NCBI RefSeq assembly: GCF_036321535.1
Contig: NC_087447.1
Location: forward strand, 39,992,001 to 40,056,000
Length of the DNA stretch: 64,000 nucleotides
DNA from: Camelus dromedarius
Lineage: Eukaryota
Direction of reading: 5' to 3'
The position numbers were made by a program, and so were the translations under genes. Shown here piece by piece: positions 13,370 through 26,756 of the stretch (the stretch's first letter is position 1; the number at the start of each line of letters is the position of its first letter). The notes under the pieces are model-generated. The model made no database searches. It saw only the letters and a list, made by a program, of their open reading frames with translations, and was not told the origin of the DNA.

Positions 13370-14100
13370 CCCGATTTCCCCATCAGTGACCCATGGTCCA
13401 GCTGGGAGGCACAGGGGTAAAAACACTAACTCGAGCTCTTGAGCAGAACCCTGCTCACTGGAGTGCAGGGAAACAGTGACCAGGCCACCACGTCCCGATC
13501 AACCAGCGAGCATAACTGAGCTCGGTCTGCGTGCGGGGCTGGGCGGGCTACGAGACAAGGAGAGGACATGGTCGCTGCAAACCAAGAATTCCTCATCAAG
13601 TCGGGGAAACCAATCCAAAACATGAAACAACCAGATGCAGCAGCAGGCATACGATCCAGGGCTCGCTGCTCTGCCAGGAAGGGCTGCAGGGGCCAGACCG
13701 TGAGAGCACGGTGCGGGGCCGCAGTAGCTGGGCTCGACTAGCGGGGCCGGGGTGGCTGGCACGGGCGTGGTGGACGGGGAAACACACGAGCAAGGACGTA
13801 GACTCTAGTGCCAGCAGGACGTGTGTGGAAGACAGTGAGCAGAAGGTGCATATTAGGAAGCAAAGGAAAATAAAGTCAAGTTAGAACCAGACTCTGGAGG
13901 CCTTAAAAGCTGGACTGAGGAGTCTATGCTTTATCCTTTAAAAGGATGGAGAGTCCCAGCAGGTTCCTGAAGAGGAGGAAAGCCCATGTTTTAGGAAGAC
14001 TTATTTTGGCAGTGGAAGCAGCATGGGCTGGATGGCAGGAAGACCTGTTCTCTACAAGGCGGGGTAGATGCCAAGGAAACCATCACAAAACACCTCTAGA
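13370..14100 (-). mobile_element. L2 remnant with an unusually CpG-rich central part
   Basis: ggactgaggagtctatgctttatcct and gttttaggaagacttattttggcag, with L2-like upstream sequence. Confidence 0.6.
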
Positions 14101-15452
14101 CCACAAAGCCACTCGCTGGGGCTCCATGCCCTTGGGTCAAGCACGGTCCTCATGCTAAGGGCCTTCAAAAGAGTGGTGCAGGGAAGACCTAACATCTCTG
14201 GGTCATGAGCGTGTCAAGCTGCTTTCCTCTGTGCTGGGATCACTAGGGCAGCGGTGAGCGCATGGAAGGGTGTAAGCCACCAAGAGGAGGAAAAACCAGA
14301 AACCGTGACCCGTAACTGAAGCTTAAGCAGCCTCCTCTTCTCTTAACCCTCAGAGTGATTATCTCCCATTTTCTGATTTCAGAAAACAAATTGAAAAGCT
14401 GGCTAGAAAGAATTTTTGACTCACCGAGCATGTTTTAAACAAAATATTTAAAAATATCCTTTCATGGTTTGTCTCCTCTATGCTTCAACTCCAAAGAATA
14501 AATCTCTATTTCTGTGGCCTTTCCCTAACACCAGTTCCATCTACAATGCCTGCAGCAAAAAAAGAAAAAAAAAAAAAACCACTATACTTATACACTACTT
14601 TTTTCCTGAAGACATCCAAGGTAGAACTGAGACCTCAGAAACAAACCTTAAACAAGACGGTTCCAACCTCCGAAGGAACTCATGTTCCCCTATTCTCATA
14701 ATCAGATACACAGCTTTTAAACATCAGGCTTCTCATTCCACTTCGCTGTCATTTGTGAGGACCTTAAAAAGCAGCCCTGGAACACCATTATTTTCATGTG
14801 TGACAAGGGAAGTCACTGCATCACGGATTCCAGAGATGTAAACCCCAACCAAACTAACCACCTGGAAGAACTCTTTAAAAATTCCCAGCAGGGCCTCAGA
14901 AGAAACAAATACGGGGCATCAGCGATGAGCCAGCAAGACATCAACAGTCAGGAGAACATTGTAACAATGGCACCAGTACTGGAAGACTTTTGTCCCTCCC
15001 CCTCATATTCTTTCCTACACCAGGCGTAGATAAGAGAGGAGGAGGAAGTGGAGAAGGAATGAAAGACCACACCAGGCCCACTGCCCGCTCCCCCAGCCAC
15101 ACGGCCCGTTAGCTGCAGTTTTTATTTCAGACTGGACTAGGCCCTCATACCTATAGGTGAGTCCTAATTACCTAAATGTCCTCACAGCTGGGAGAGACTG
15201 GAAGTCACGCAATCCACCTAAGATGTCACAGAGCATGTTTTAAGGCAGCGCTTGGTAGTGGGGGGAGGGGAGAGCGTTTTCCTGATTGAACTCCAATGGA
15301 AGTCAGCCTATTCGATAAGTCTGTTATAGAACAAAAATCCAAAGAACAATGAGTATCAGTTTTTGGCTAGCAAATTAAGAACGTGAAAAACAAAATGGTG
15401 CCCAATTTTGATGAGCATGAAGTGGAACAAGTATCTCTATGTTCTTCTGGCA

Positions 15453-15815
15453 CGTCTTGGTCCACTCGGGCTGCTACAGCAAAACACCACTGACTGGGTG
15501 GCTTTTAAACAACGGAAATGTACTTGTCAGAGTCTGGAGGCTGGAAGTCCAAAGCCAAGGCACCAGCACGGGCAAGTTCCTGGTGAGGATCCCTTCCTGG
15601 CTCATAGCTGGCCCCTGTTCGCTGTGCCCTCCTATGGTGGAAGGGGCTAGAGGTCTTCCTGGAGCCTCTTGCATAACGTACTAGCCCCATTCACAAGGGC
15701 TGCACCCCCGTGACATAAGCACCTCCCAAAGGCCCCATCTACTAATTCCGTAACACCAGGCGTTAGGAGTTCAGCAGATGCGTTTTGGGGGAACAGAAAC
15801 ATTCAGACCACAGCA
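15453..15815 (-). mobile_element. MaLR solo LTR (MLT1A-like)
   Basis: gggctgctacagcaaaacacca...tctggaggctggaagtccaa...aaacattcagaccacagca. Homologous to the 21784 copy. Confidence 0.88.
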
Positions 15816-15829
15816 TGGTCTATAAATCA

Positions 15830-16010
15830 GTACACGTTTTCTTGGGGAGGACCTCTCAAACTGTCACGTGTATGCAGGTCACATGGGGCTCTAATTAAAA
15901 TGCAGATTCTTATTATTCAGCAGGTCTGGGGTTAGGCCCAAGAATCTGCCTTTCTCACAAGCTACCCAGTTACTGATGGTGTTGGTACAAGGATCACACC
16001 TTGGGAGGCA
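15830..16010. mobile_element. MER5A-like MITE
   Basis: ttaaaatgcagattct...caggtctggggttaggcccaagaatctgcctttctcacaagct. Confidence 0.75.
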
Positions 16011-16019
16011 GCAACTTAG

Positions 16020-17035
16020 AGAAAATTTGGCAATGTGTAACAAAAGCCTTAAAATCTTTACAACTTTTGACCCAGTAATTTTCCACTAATGACATATTCT
16101 AGGGACTAATAAAGAATACATAAAAGGAAGATGCATCCAAAAATGTCACAATGTTATACCTGCAAAAACTGGATATAATCTAAATAGTAAACAACAGGGA
16201 CATTTATAAGCAAATCATGATAAAGCCATTTGGTGAAAAAAAAACAATATCGTCATTAAATATCAAGTTCTTATAAAACGTTTGATGCTATGAAAAAAAT
16301 ATTCATGACATGCAAAGAGAAAAGATCGAAATACAAACATGGGGTATATCATTCATAATGGTCAGTTTTACGTGTCAAGTTGGCTAGGCCACAATACCCA
16401 GTTACTTAAACACTAGATGTTGCTGTGAAGGGATGGGGTGAACAACTATAATCAGTTGACTTCAGGTGAGGATTACTTTCTCTAATGTGGGCAGACCTCA
16501 TCAGTTGAAGGTCTTACCAGCAAAAACTGAGATTTCCCAAAGAAGGAATTCTGCCTCAAGACTGCAGCATTAACTCCTGCCTGAGTTTTCAGCTTGCTGG
16601 CCTGCCCTACGTACTTGGGACTTGCCAGTCCCACAATCATGTAAACCAACCCCTTGGACTAAATCTCTTCAAATATATATGTGTATATGTATTTCTCCAT
16701 GCATATATACACATGCATATGTGTATATATGTATATGCATATATGTATGTATGTGTATGTATACACACACACACACACACACCTCCCACTGGTTCTATTT
16801 CTCTGGAGAACCCTGATACACAGCATGATTCCAATTTTGTAAAAACAAAGCTAAAAACATTTATGTACATGAATTTACATTGAAAAAGCTTGGTCCCATA
16901 ACTGAATATATAGTATGATTCTCACTATTAAAATATTAGCTATATGAACAATGAGAGAGAAGTATTAATGTTTGCCTTAATACTTAACATTTTTCTAAAT
17001 TTTTTCTTATAAGCATGTGTGACTTCTGTAACCAG
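16020..17035 (+). mobile_element. Ancient L1ME-like remnant interrupted by an MLT2 LTR
   Basis: aatttggcaatgtgtaacaaaagccttaaa...ttttgacccagtaatt. The L1-like sequence resumes after 16822. Confidence 0.65.
16355..16822 (+). mobile_element. ERVL solo LTR (MLT2 type) containing a (TA/TG/CA)n microsatellite
   Basis: gtgtcaagttggctaggcca, gaaggaattctgcctcaagactgcagcat, ending ggttctatttctctggagaaccctga. Confidence 0.88.
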
Positions 17036-19969
17036 GGGAATTACAGCTACAGTACAATTTGAATTGAGCAGTGCTATTTCAGTGCCCACTACACTTACTA
17101 CGATGCACCCTTAGGCAGCCTCAAGGAGACAGCGCCTTTCTTTACCATCTCACCTGCTTCACGATAAGAACTGTGTTCTTGGCATTTCCTCCAGACCTCT
17201 CCTCTCCCAGCCCATTTTTTTGTGTCCTATTCTGCCTTTTGCCCTTTCCTTCACTTCCTCATATAAAAATCCCATTAGATGGGCAAGGCAGTGACTTATT
17301 ATCCCTGTTTTATAAATGAGGAAACTGAGGCTGAGAGGGTCTGAGTGGTTTGTACAAAGATACCCAGCTGGTAGTTGACACAGCCCAAATTCCTGTCTTC
17401 GTAAATTGGAAAACCAGGCACACGTGAGTGATGTTCATTACTGCTCCCATATGGACTGTGTGACAACCATGTCAATTACGTTAGGAGGTGTTCTCACCAG
17501 CCTTCCACTGCCTTCCTCGGTGACTTCAGACGATGGCTCATTAAGCTCCAGAAGAGATGAGGATGGCCAGGGTCAGGTGCCAGGACCACAATGGCTCTGG
17601 GTTTGGCCACACGTCCAACACCCAGGCCAGGGTCTCAGATGACTCAAGCTCCACAGCTGGAAGTGAGTGGGGCCACCCGCACTGCCCCATATGGGGCCAA
17701 ATTCAGTGCCTTCTTTCCAGTCTCCACCTAATTATTGGCACAAGGCCCTGGCCAGTTGCCATCCCGTGCCCACGAGGGATGGCTCCACTGCAGAAGATTT
17801 AAGCTACAAAAGCAACTCCAACTGCCAGCAGCATCAAGCTCTTGGACTGGGCTCTAACACAAAGGGCTTTCCCTCTTCCCTCCTCCTGGCCTGCTGAGAC
17901 TGAGTGTGCTCTTGAATCCCTTTAGGATTGGACCCTTTCCCGGGGACCCTGACACACCCTCATTGGCATCCCCAGAGAACAGAGTCTGCACGTACCAACA
18001 TCCCTGCAACAAATGGGCTGATCTCTCCAAATTAAGAACCTCTAAGCCTGGAGCCCCCAGAATATCCTGCTGTCATCTGCAAACCCAAGACTCAAAGGAG
18101 ATTCAGACTGGGATACTACTCGGTGTTTGCTAAACAAATGAATAAACACTACGCACAGGCCATAACTGAGGTCCTGGCCAGCCCCCTATCTAAGCATTTC
18201 CCAATGATTAAAAAAAAAGAAAAAAAAAAAGAGCCATATTAAATGGTGAGCCAGCTAGACAGCTGCCTGGGGTCCAAGTTTATAAGAAATGCTAAAATTT
18301 CTTTTAAAATCCCAGAATAAATTGAAAACACGGTACCAGTTAACTCAGGTTTCCACATACTGCTTCTTCCAATACTGATAAAGTAGAATTGGTCCCCTCT
18401 GTCCAAGAAAATAGCACACTTGGTGGGAGGGGGAAAAAAGCACAGCCCTCTTGGAAAACTGTTCTGGATGAAGAGGTTTGCACTGCCAAATGTGCAAGTT
18501 ACGAGGTGTACCTAGAGGCCACACCACCAACCCTAAAACCTGCCAGCTGACGGGAGCCTGAAGTCAGTAGGTCCAGGTCTGCTGAAATTTATAAACCAAA
18601 CTAACCTGAGCCCTTAGACCTGTTTAGTGGGAGTAAGTGACATCTTTGAGTAACTCACTTTAAACTTCTTTTTTGTATTTTCCAAGATGTTGCTTAGTTC
18701 AGAAAATCACACAAAATAAACATGTGTATTCCCTTGTTTTGAAGACAAAGAAACAGGCTTTCTAGCTATATTTAGATAAATACCAGTTTCTCCCCATCCC
18801 CACTACATAAATGTTGAACATATACTTCAAGTATATGGCCTAATACTGTCTGGGTCCCACATCAGAATCCCACAAGCCACGGCTGAAATGCTCAGCGCAC
18901 TGGCTGGGTGCTGGGAAGGCGAGGGGGCCTCCCACCTTCGGCATGTGAGAGCATGACCGTCAGCCCCCGAGGGTTGTGTGTGTCCCATCGCCCACTAGGG
19001 GACCAATCCAGGCACCTGTTCCCCATCCTGGTGACCTGAAAACCAAACACTCAGGCTGCTCAGAGCAAAACTGGGAAAGCAAGAGGATTCCTCCTTCCCC
19101 TCCCCTTGCCATTATGATTAATAGAAAAGGTAGGGGAGGGAGAGGAGGAGAGTAAAGGAGAAGGCAGAGTAGAGCAGTGGTTTCACAATGAAGCCTTGAA
19201 GAGGGGTGGGGGCTGGGAGGAGAGAGAGAGAGGGATGGGGTGGAAACTGAGAACAGTGGACAAGATCTCAGAGCTGTTCCCCCCTGCCAGCCTCTGTGGG
19301 GAGGGAGGGAGGCAGCCTAGACACGTGCTGGCAGGGTTGATGACACGTGCTTTAGTACAAAGATTTAATGGGCAGAGCTAACCACGGCTTACAGAGCAGG
19401 GTTGAGAAATACCTTCTCTGCTGTGCCAAGTACATTACAGAAAAGTTACCATCAGCCTCAGAAAATGCATTCAGGTTTCTGGGACCGAGTCAAGGTCCAG
19501 AATGGAGACTCAACAACTGAATCACAAAATTAGAAAGGTGTTAAACCTGCAGATAGAGGGCCAGATCCAGGAGAAGAATGAGCTCCTTCTTATGTATATA
19601 TGTGCATAGAGTCTGCAACGAAGCACAACATACACAGCCCTTTGGTCCCTTTGAAACTGTGAGGAAGGGAAACAGCTGATGGCTTCATGTTTACTGAGCG
19701 CTTATTACGTCCCAGGCAGTGCTGCAGGTGCCTGCCATGTGTTAACTCACTATATTTCCCCCAGCACAAGAAATGTTCTAGCAGTATCTCCTTTGCAGAG
19801 AGAGAGAAAGCTGAAGCACAACGAGGTTAAGTAATTTTCAGTTTTCCAAAGGTGACACTGAGAGTAAGCAAGAGCAATCCTACAGAACTTCTTGGGACCA
19901 AAGAGAAAAAGGAAGTTAATTACACAGTATTCATGAAAATTAGTCAACAGGTACTGAGCCCTTACCATT

Positions 19970-20295
19970 TGTGCTACCCATTTGCTGCTCCAAATCCACT
20001 CTCCGCCACAGTTGGGTTTGGCTGCTGGATGAGATCAGGATGTTTCGTCCCTGCCTCCCTCCCTGCAAGGCCCTGTTTTGCGTCTATAGCTCCAGCTTTC
20101 TCCCTAGCTGCTGCTCAATACCCTGCCCCTGCCCCTTAAGCCTTAAGGGCAGTCAGTAACAGTTCCAAGCCATCGTCGGCCCTGGGGTGCCCCGCCATCC
20201 TGGGTTTCTTCAACCCCCTCACATCTTTGTAAAGGGACCTTCAATTGCTCCAAAGAGGATGCCAACTGTTCTCTGCCAGGATCTCAACCGATACA
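19970..20295 (+). mobile_element. ERVL LTR fragment (LTR33-like) within a MIR
   Basis: Degenerate homologue of the 40560 LTR, ending ctgccaggatctcaaccgataca. Confidence 0.55.
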
Positions 20296-21674
20296 TGACC
20301 GTCTGAGCACGTTACATGCATTTTTAATCCCCACATCAACCCTAGTAGGTGAAATATCCTCACTCTATAGGTGGAGAATTTGAGAATTCTGATGGGTTGA
20401 CTAACTGCCCAGGCACACAGCTAATTAAGTGGCAAAATCTAGATTTGACACAGGCCTCCACTCTCCTTAACCACTGCCATGACATTGACCCTCTAAGCTA
20501 AGTTATATAAAATGTCGTCGCTTTCTGGGCTGTCTAGATTGTTCTGTTTTAGTAAGAGGAAGAAACATTTTTAGGGCCATTAAACACTTGACCTGTGATC
20601 ATGGTTTCCCAAGCCTATTGCTCCCCAAAGGTTCCTGGTCTACCACCAAACATAAAAGAGCATTGATGATGAATAACTGCATTCCAAAAATCAATCTTAT
20701 AAAGTAGGGGCTATCCCATTTCACACACCAGCCCATAATTCAGTACAACAGCTTCCAAAGATTCATGATCAATGTCAACATCAAGGCTACTGAAGCTGGG
20801 CTGGCCTCCAGCATTTTCCATTGTATGTTGTGTGCTGCAAAATACCTGTTTTGCAAGAGGTTAGTAGATGCTTTTTGAAAAGTAGAATCCTATAGGCAAA
20901 AAAAAAAAGTTTTGGAAACACTGTATCCTCTATGTCACTTGCCCTTGCTTTGGAAATTCAGAGAGGATAACAAGCCTTGATATGCAACAAAAGAAGATCC
21001 TTTTACCTAGCTTTTCCCAAACTAATTTGAACATAGTGCACTTTTTAGGGGGTGGGTGCTTATTAATAGCTTTCCTAAGTATGAAATTAGATAACTTCCA
21101 TTCTAAATTCCCATAATATCCACATATTTTAGCAAGTTATACTTATTTGCCTATACAGTAACTATAGGTTCCAATGAAGGTCTTTTGCATTGCTTAAAAA
21201 TATCTACCAACCCTGGGAGGGGGCCGCAGGCTTGTTAAGGTGGGAATCAACTGCAATGGAATATTCTGGTCACATCACCATTGCTACATCTCTCATTGGC
21301 ATACACTTTGAAAGGGTACCCTTTGGGGCATACTGAGAAATCATTGCCTTACTGACAAATATCTCTTGATGTTAATAAAGAGCAAACAGCTCTCAACAAA
21401 TAGCTTTAAGGGAACTACAGGTCAACATTTACTGCCAGACCCCAGCCTGTACCGCTGCTCAGGCCTCACTTTGCCTACATGGCTGGTGCAGCACACAGGG
21501 GTACGGTTAAATGTTTGTGTTCAGGCCTCTAGGATTTTCTAAAATCATCCAGATTTCAAAACTTCTTCCTACATTTCCCATAATTAACAAAAATACGTCA
21601 GAAATTCCAGTGAATCAGTTTCAAAATTGATTAATTCAAGCTGGCTTGCAATACTTACAAAAGAGACACAGATC

Positions 21675-21710
21675 TCACTCTCACACTCACACACACACAC
21701 ACACACACAG
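21675..21710. repeat. (CA)n microsatellite
   Basis: Directly visible CA run preceded by ctca units. Confidence 0.95.
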
Positions 21711-21783
21711 GAAAAGAAAAAGAAGAAAAAAGAGAGAAAAAATATTTCTGAGGAAATAATTGGAAATACTCAAGAAACGTCCC

Positions 21784-22127
21784 TGTCTTAAGTCTGTTGG
21801 GCTGCTATTACAAAATGCCATTGACTAGGTGGCTTGTAGATAACAGACATGTATTTCTCATGGTTCTCAGAAGCTGGAAGTGTAAGATCAAGGCCCCAGC
21901 ATGTTTGTGTCTGGTGAGGGCCTGCCTCGAGGCTCATAGCCGGCTCCTTCTCACTGTGTCCTCACACAGTGGAAGGGGGCAGGGGCTCTCTCTGGGGCCT
22001 CTGTTATAGAGGCATTAATCTCCCCCACATCACCTCCCAAAGGCCCCACCTCCTAACACCATCACTTGGGGATCAGGATCTCAACATATGAATTTCAGAG
22101 GGAACACATTCAATTCAGATCCTAACA
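21784..22127 (-). mobile_element. MaLR solo LTR (MLT1A-like)
   Basis: TG...CA termini with typical MLT1A motifs (cacctcccaaaggccccacctcctaacaccatcac). Perfect 5-bp TSD gtccc at 21779-21783 and 22128-22132. Confidence 0.9.
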
Positions 22128-22409
22128 GTCCCGTACACTGGCTACATTACTGATGTGTATGTAGCATTTGCTATGAATTCAGTTGGGTTATTCTAAAGAT
22201 GAGAACCATCATGATCACACAAAGCCATCCCCCCATTCTAGCAGCAGAGAAAAGGGTTCTTCAAGGACCTAGAAAATAGAGATACTGTACATCAGTAAGT
22301 ACAGACTTTATGTACAGATTTACTTGGCTTCCAATTCAAAGTACTTTGAAATCTGTTCAAAGCAATAAAATTTTATTCTAGTGAGCAACTGAGTATAAAG
22401 CAAAAGAGG

Positions 22410-22985
22410 AAATATTAAACGGCTACATGCATGGAAAATGTTCAACCTCACCAGTAATCAAAGAAATTAAAAATAATTAAGGCTGTTCCCATTAATTAAA
22501 TTATAATAATGAATGCAGAAAAGGATGGAGTTAAGCTGACACTCTCACAGACCACTGCTGGGAGCATATATTGGCATACCCCTTTTAGGAAGTAACCTGG
22601 TAATAACTATCAAGACATTTAAAAGGTTTCATATTGTTTGATCCAGTAATTCTATTCTGGGAAATCTACCCTATGGAAATAACATTAAATATGGGAAAGC
22701 AATTATACTAAAACTGTTTGCCATCATATTTTTATCATGGCAAATAACTGGAAACATACTAGACTCCATGATAGCAGACACATGTTGGTAATCTATGCTA
22801 CATCTTCCAGATGGAATATTACTATTACCATATCATATTCCTTAAAGATCATACTCAAGAATTATTCACAGTAACATTGTAACAGGAAATGTAGTGAGAA
22901 AAAGAAATGTGTAGAGACTAAAAATAAACAAAAAACCAGAAGAATACTGGAAATAAACATGCTAAAATGGAAACAGTGTCTGTCA
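22410..22985 (+). mobile_element. Ancient L1ME-like remnant
   Basis: aaaatgttcaacctcaccagtaatcaaagaaat; tttgatccagtaattctattctgggaa. Confidence 0.7.
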
Positions 22986-22989
22986 AAGT

Positions 22990-23290
22990 CACTGCAATTT
23001 AGAGTGTGAGTCACAGATCAGTACCAGTCTGTGAACTGTGTTACCTGTTTATCAAGAAAATAATTTTAAAGTGTGCATTTAGAAACTTTTAGCAATTTGA
23101 TATTGCTGCAACATCCATGTGTACGTTCCATGGAATTGTCAGTTGAACAGGGTACAGACCAGCTCGAGTGCTGTCAAACTGGAATGGACACCTTCAGGCT
23201 ACAGCACAGCAGTCGCACACAGTAGGAAATCACAGTCCACAAAGGATTGGAAATAAAAAACCCTTCATCTAGACTAATGGTTTAGGTGGC
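22990..23290. mobile_element. hAT-Charlie MITE (MER5C-like)
   Basis: tttagaaacttttagcaatttga, gttgaacagggtacagaccag. Confidence 0.65.
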
Positions 23291-23405
23291 AGCAACGTAG
23301 ATAAATACTTTTATCTTCCTCTTCTGTATTTTCCAAAACTTTTTATAACACTATATTGCTATTACAAGAAAAATCAACATTTTTTTTTAAATGCTAGCAA
23401 AAAGA

Positions 23406-23529
23406 AGGGTGGACGGTATAGCTCAGTGGTAGAGTGTGTGCTTAGCATGCACAAGTTCAATCTCCAGTACTTCCATTAAAAAATACATAAACCTAATTAC
23501 CTCCCTGCAAAACAAAACAAAAACCAAAT
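23406..23529 (+). mobile_element. Vic-1-like SINE with a ~8-nt internal deletion
   Basis: Same head and tail as the 7179 copy, but lacks gtcctggg before the B box. TSD aaatgctagcaaaaaga (23389-23405) / aaatgcaagtaaaaaga (23530-23546). Confidence 0.9.
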
Positions 23530-23614
23530 AAATGCAAGTAAAAAGAGTTAAATAAATGTCACTTGACTGTTATATCTTTGGAAAATGTTCCTATAGAAAT
23601 AGACAAACATATAC

Positions 23615-24165
23615 TGAGAGGCAGGAGGACACAGTGGTTAGAAAAACAGATTCTAGAGCTGACAATCTGGGTTTGAACCCCAGCTCCACTGCTTCAACAT
23701 TTACTAGCCATGGGCTAGATGCTCAACCTCTCTGGGCCTCGGTTTATTCATGCATAAAATGGGGATAATAGGAGAACCTATCTCAACACTACTCACAGGG
23801 TTTGGTAGAATGAGAGTCAGCATACATAAGGCCCTGGGACACACTGAGCTCTCTCTATATATGTTCACTGTTATTATTACAAATCACAGGCAGGGATGAG
23901 AGCTACAGCCAAACCACATTTCCCAATTTTTTATTCACAAAATGGGTCAAGAGGAACAGTAGACATAGTAGTAATAATAGCAATTAATATTAAGTGCTTT
24001 GTGTGTGCCAAGTTCCAAGCCAAGCCTTTGACAAGAATTAGCTTATTAATTATTAACAACACTAGAGAGTGGTATTAAGTTCTTTTCATCCTTATTCTGC
24101 AGAGGGGAAAACTGAGGTTGAGAGAAATGAAGTGACTTGCCCAGTGTCACCAAGCTATTAGATGT
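23615..24165. repeat. Two MIRs (+ ~23615-23880, - ~23965-24165)
   Basis: ctgggtttgaaccccagctccac...taaaatggggataata; gaggggaaaactgaggttgagagaaatgaagtgacttgccca. Confidence 0.8.
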
Positions 24166-25154
24166 GTCTCCCTCCAGGGCACTGAGCTAGGCACAGGACA
24201 GGGGTCCCTAGAGGCTAGACTGCGAGCCCCTGGAGAGCAGAAATGCACTGTCTTGTTCCGAGGGGGAGCCAGGCTCACTAGCCTATTCAACGACCAGGCC
24301 ACAAGAAAAATCCAGGACTTGTTTGCAGCCAAGGCCCTCACCAGGTCCCCTCCACCCCGGCGGCCAGCAAACAGCGGCTGGCCTTCCCCTGCAGCCTGGT
24401 GGGGGTGCTGCTCTTAGGGAGTGATCTAAGCCCTAAGGAAGGCAGCTCTTGGAATGTAACGGGAGGACGCAGGGGCTCAGGAGTCATCTCGCTCCGCCTC
24501 CTCGCTGCGGTCCTGGACACAATTTATTATCTTCGTCACTGGGTTTCTGCTCCTGGTTGGCTGGGGACTAGTGGAGCAGTCATCCCTAAAAGGAAATCAG
24601 TCTGCTAAGAAGTCCCATCTCTCCCTGCCAAAGGGACGGGAGGCAGAAGGAAAAACACTTCCTGGCAGGACCCAGCTGTTTCCGGGCCTGGAGGGATTCA
24701 AGGAGGCGGAGAGGCAACCGGGCTTGCGGGACACTCAGCAAGACACAGGGTTCAGACGTCCGCTTGGGGATGCTCTGCTGTGATTTTCTCCCCCAGTGAG
24801 AAATCTGGGCCCTCTGCAGCAAAGGGCATCCATTCCAGAAGAGTGTGAGATCTCTACATATTTATCCTGAAAGTTGAAGGAAGAAAACAAAAGTGCTTCC
24901 GTCTGAGAACAGGGCGGCAGGCCCAGGAGTGGAGAGACAGTTAAGAACCCATAGGATTTTGCCTTGAAATCCAGAACATTCTGTCTATACCAGAAGTCTA
25001 AGAATTTGATGCCTAAAAATGTGTGGCCAAGGGAAAGCATTTCCAATAAAATTACAGTTCAGGATACATTTTCATTTCTACTCTTTTTTCAAGACTGAAT
25101 TCTTAAGGAGAAGTTAAGAGTTTTAAAATTCAGGTAGGTGTTTTTCTTCCTTGT

Positions 25155-25690
25155 TTGGTGAGCAATTTGGTAATATCCAACAAAATTCAAACCTAGCAAA
25201 ATTTTGACACAGCAATGTCACTTCTATGGATTCACTGTACAGATAAACAGGTACAGAATGCCTTCGTTTGCAAGCCTATACAAGGCAACATTGTTTGGAG
25301 GAGCGAAATACCACAAAAAATTTAAATGTTCATTGATAGGGAACTGGTTAAATTGAACGACGGCATGTCTAGGCAATGCATAAGAGTGTTTATTAAAAAA
25401 GTGGGGCGTGTGAAAGAGACTCAAGATAAATGGGTGTGTGCCAAGTGTAAGCGGAGCACTTGACACCGGTGTTCCAGACGTATGAAAACAGAGAGTGCGT
25501 ATGCTTGCAAACCTGAGAATTTCCGACACTGTACTATTAGTATAATTAGCATCATCATCGGTTGCACTATTACTGTGAAAGCCTAGGAGTTAGAAAGGAA
25601 AGGGGGTCTTACTTTTCAGTTTATATTTCCAGCCTCTTTGATTTTTGTTTTTATCATAAACATTTTTAGCTAGTTTAAGAAAAACAGAAG
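25155..25690 (+). mobile_element. Ancient L1ME-like remnant
   Basis: gcaatttggtaatatc, ttttgacacagcaat, aaatgttcattgatagggaactggttaaat. Confidence 0.65.
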
Positions 25691-25779
25691 CAATAATATC
25701 ATCTGGCTAAACATAAGAGGTACGTTCCATGAGAGCAAAGGAGCGGGTCTTTCTCTACAGCCTTGACAATATCTGCCAG

Positions 25780-26010
25780 AGACTCATATTTAGAGAATGC
25801 CTACTGAGGGCCAGGCCCTGTCTAAACACTTTGCAAGTACTAATTCCTTTCATTCTCAAGACAACTCTGTGAGGTGGGTACTAACTAGTAATATCCCATT
25901 TTGCAGATGAGGAAGCTGGGGCTCAGAGAGAACTTCCCAGGTCACACAGCCAGTGTGTGGTGGGGCCAGATGGGCTCCAGAGCCCAGAAACCACCCTACC
26001 AGGCTGCCTC
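25780..26010 (-). repeat. MIR SINE
   Basis: cccattttgcagatgaggaagctggggctcagagag. Confidence 0.8.
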
Positions 26011-26173
26011 TCGATAAACACTTGTTGAACAAATGAACAAACTAGAAAAGCTGCCAACACCTTTAAGGCCAGAGAAACTGTAAATCAAACAGTTACTATT
26101 ATTACTGTTTTATTCATTATTGTTAATTATTATTATTGGTGAATGAAAAATAAACAGTATTCAGAAAAGCCAG

Positions 26174-26756
26174 AGCAACACTATATACAGCAACAGCCAA
26201 GACATGGAAGCAACCTAAATGTCCATTGACAGATGACTGGATAAAGAAGTTGTGGTATATTTATAAAACGGAATACTACTCAGCCATAAAAAATAAAATA
26301 ATGCCATTTGCAGCAACATGGATGGACCTGGAGGTCATCATTTTAAGTGAAGTAAGCCAGAAAGAGAAAGAAAAATACCATATGATATCACTTATATGTG
26401 GAATCTAAAAAAAGAAAAGAAAAAAAGAGAACACTAATGAACTCATCTACAATACAGAAACAGATTCACAGACATAGTAAACAATCTTATGGTTACTAGG
26501 GTGAAGGGGGTGGGAAGGGATAAATTCAGGAGTTTGAGATTTGCAAATGATAACCACTACATATAAAAATAGGTAAAAAACAAATATATTCTGTATAGCA
26601 CAGGAAACTATATTCAATATCTTGTAATAACCTTTAATGGAAAAGAATATGAAAACAAATATACGTATGTGTATATATATGCATGACTGGGACATTGTGC
26701 TGTACACCAGAAATTGATACATTATAAATGACTATACTTCAATTTAAAAAAAAAAA
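26174..26756 (+). mobile_element. Relatively young 5'-truncated LINE-1 (ORF2 C-terminus, 3' UTR, polyA)
   Basis: ORF 26226-26408 is the L1 ORF2 tail (WIKKLWYIY...FAATWMDLE.IILSEVSQ...YHMISLICGI*). Perfect 11-bp TSD agaaaagccag at 26163-26173 and 26757-26767. Confidence 0.95.

Noticed and set aside
26226..26408. 60-aa ORF as a host gene (also the ORFs at 29991-30290 and 41750-42034)
   Set aside because: These are LINE-1 ORF2 remnants or their antisense translations.
26631..26640. CArG box CCTTTAATGG (also CCTTAAAAGG at 11499-11508)
   Set aside because: The first lies inside an L1 3' UTR and the second has no supporting context. A few such matches are expected by chance.
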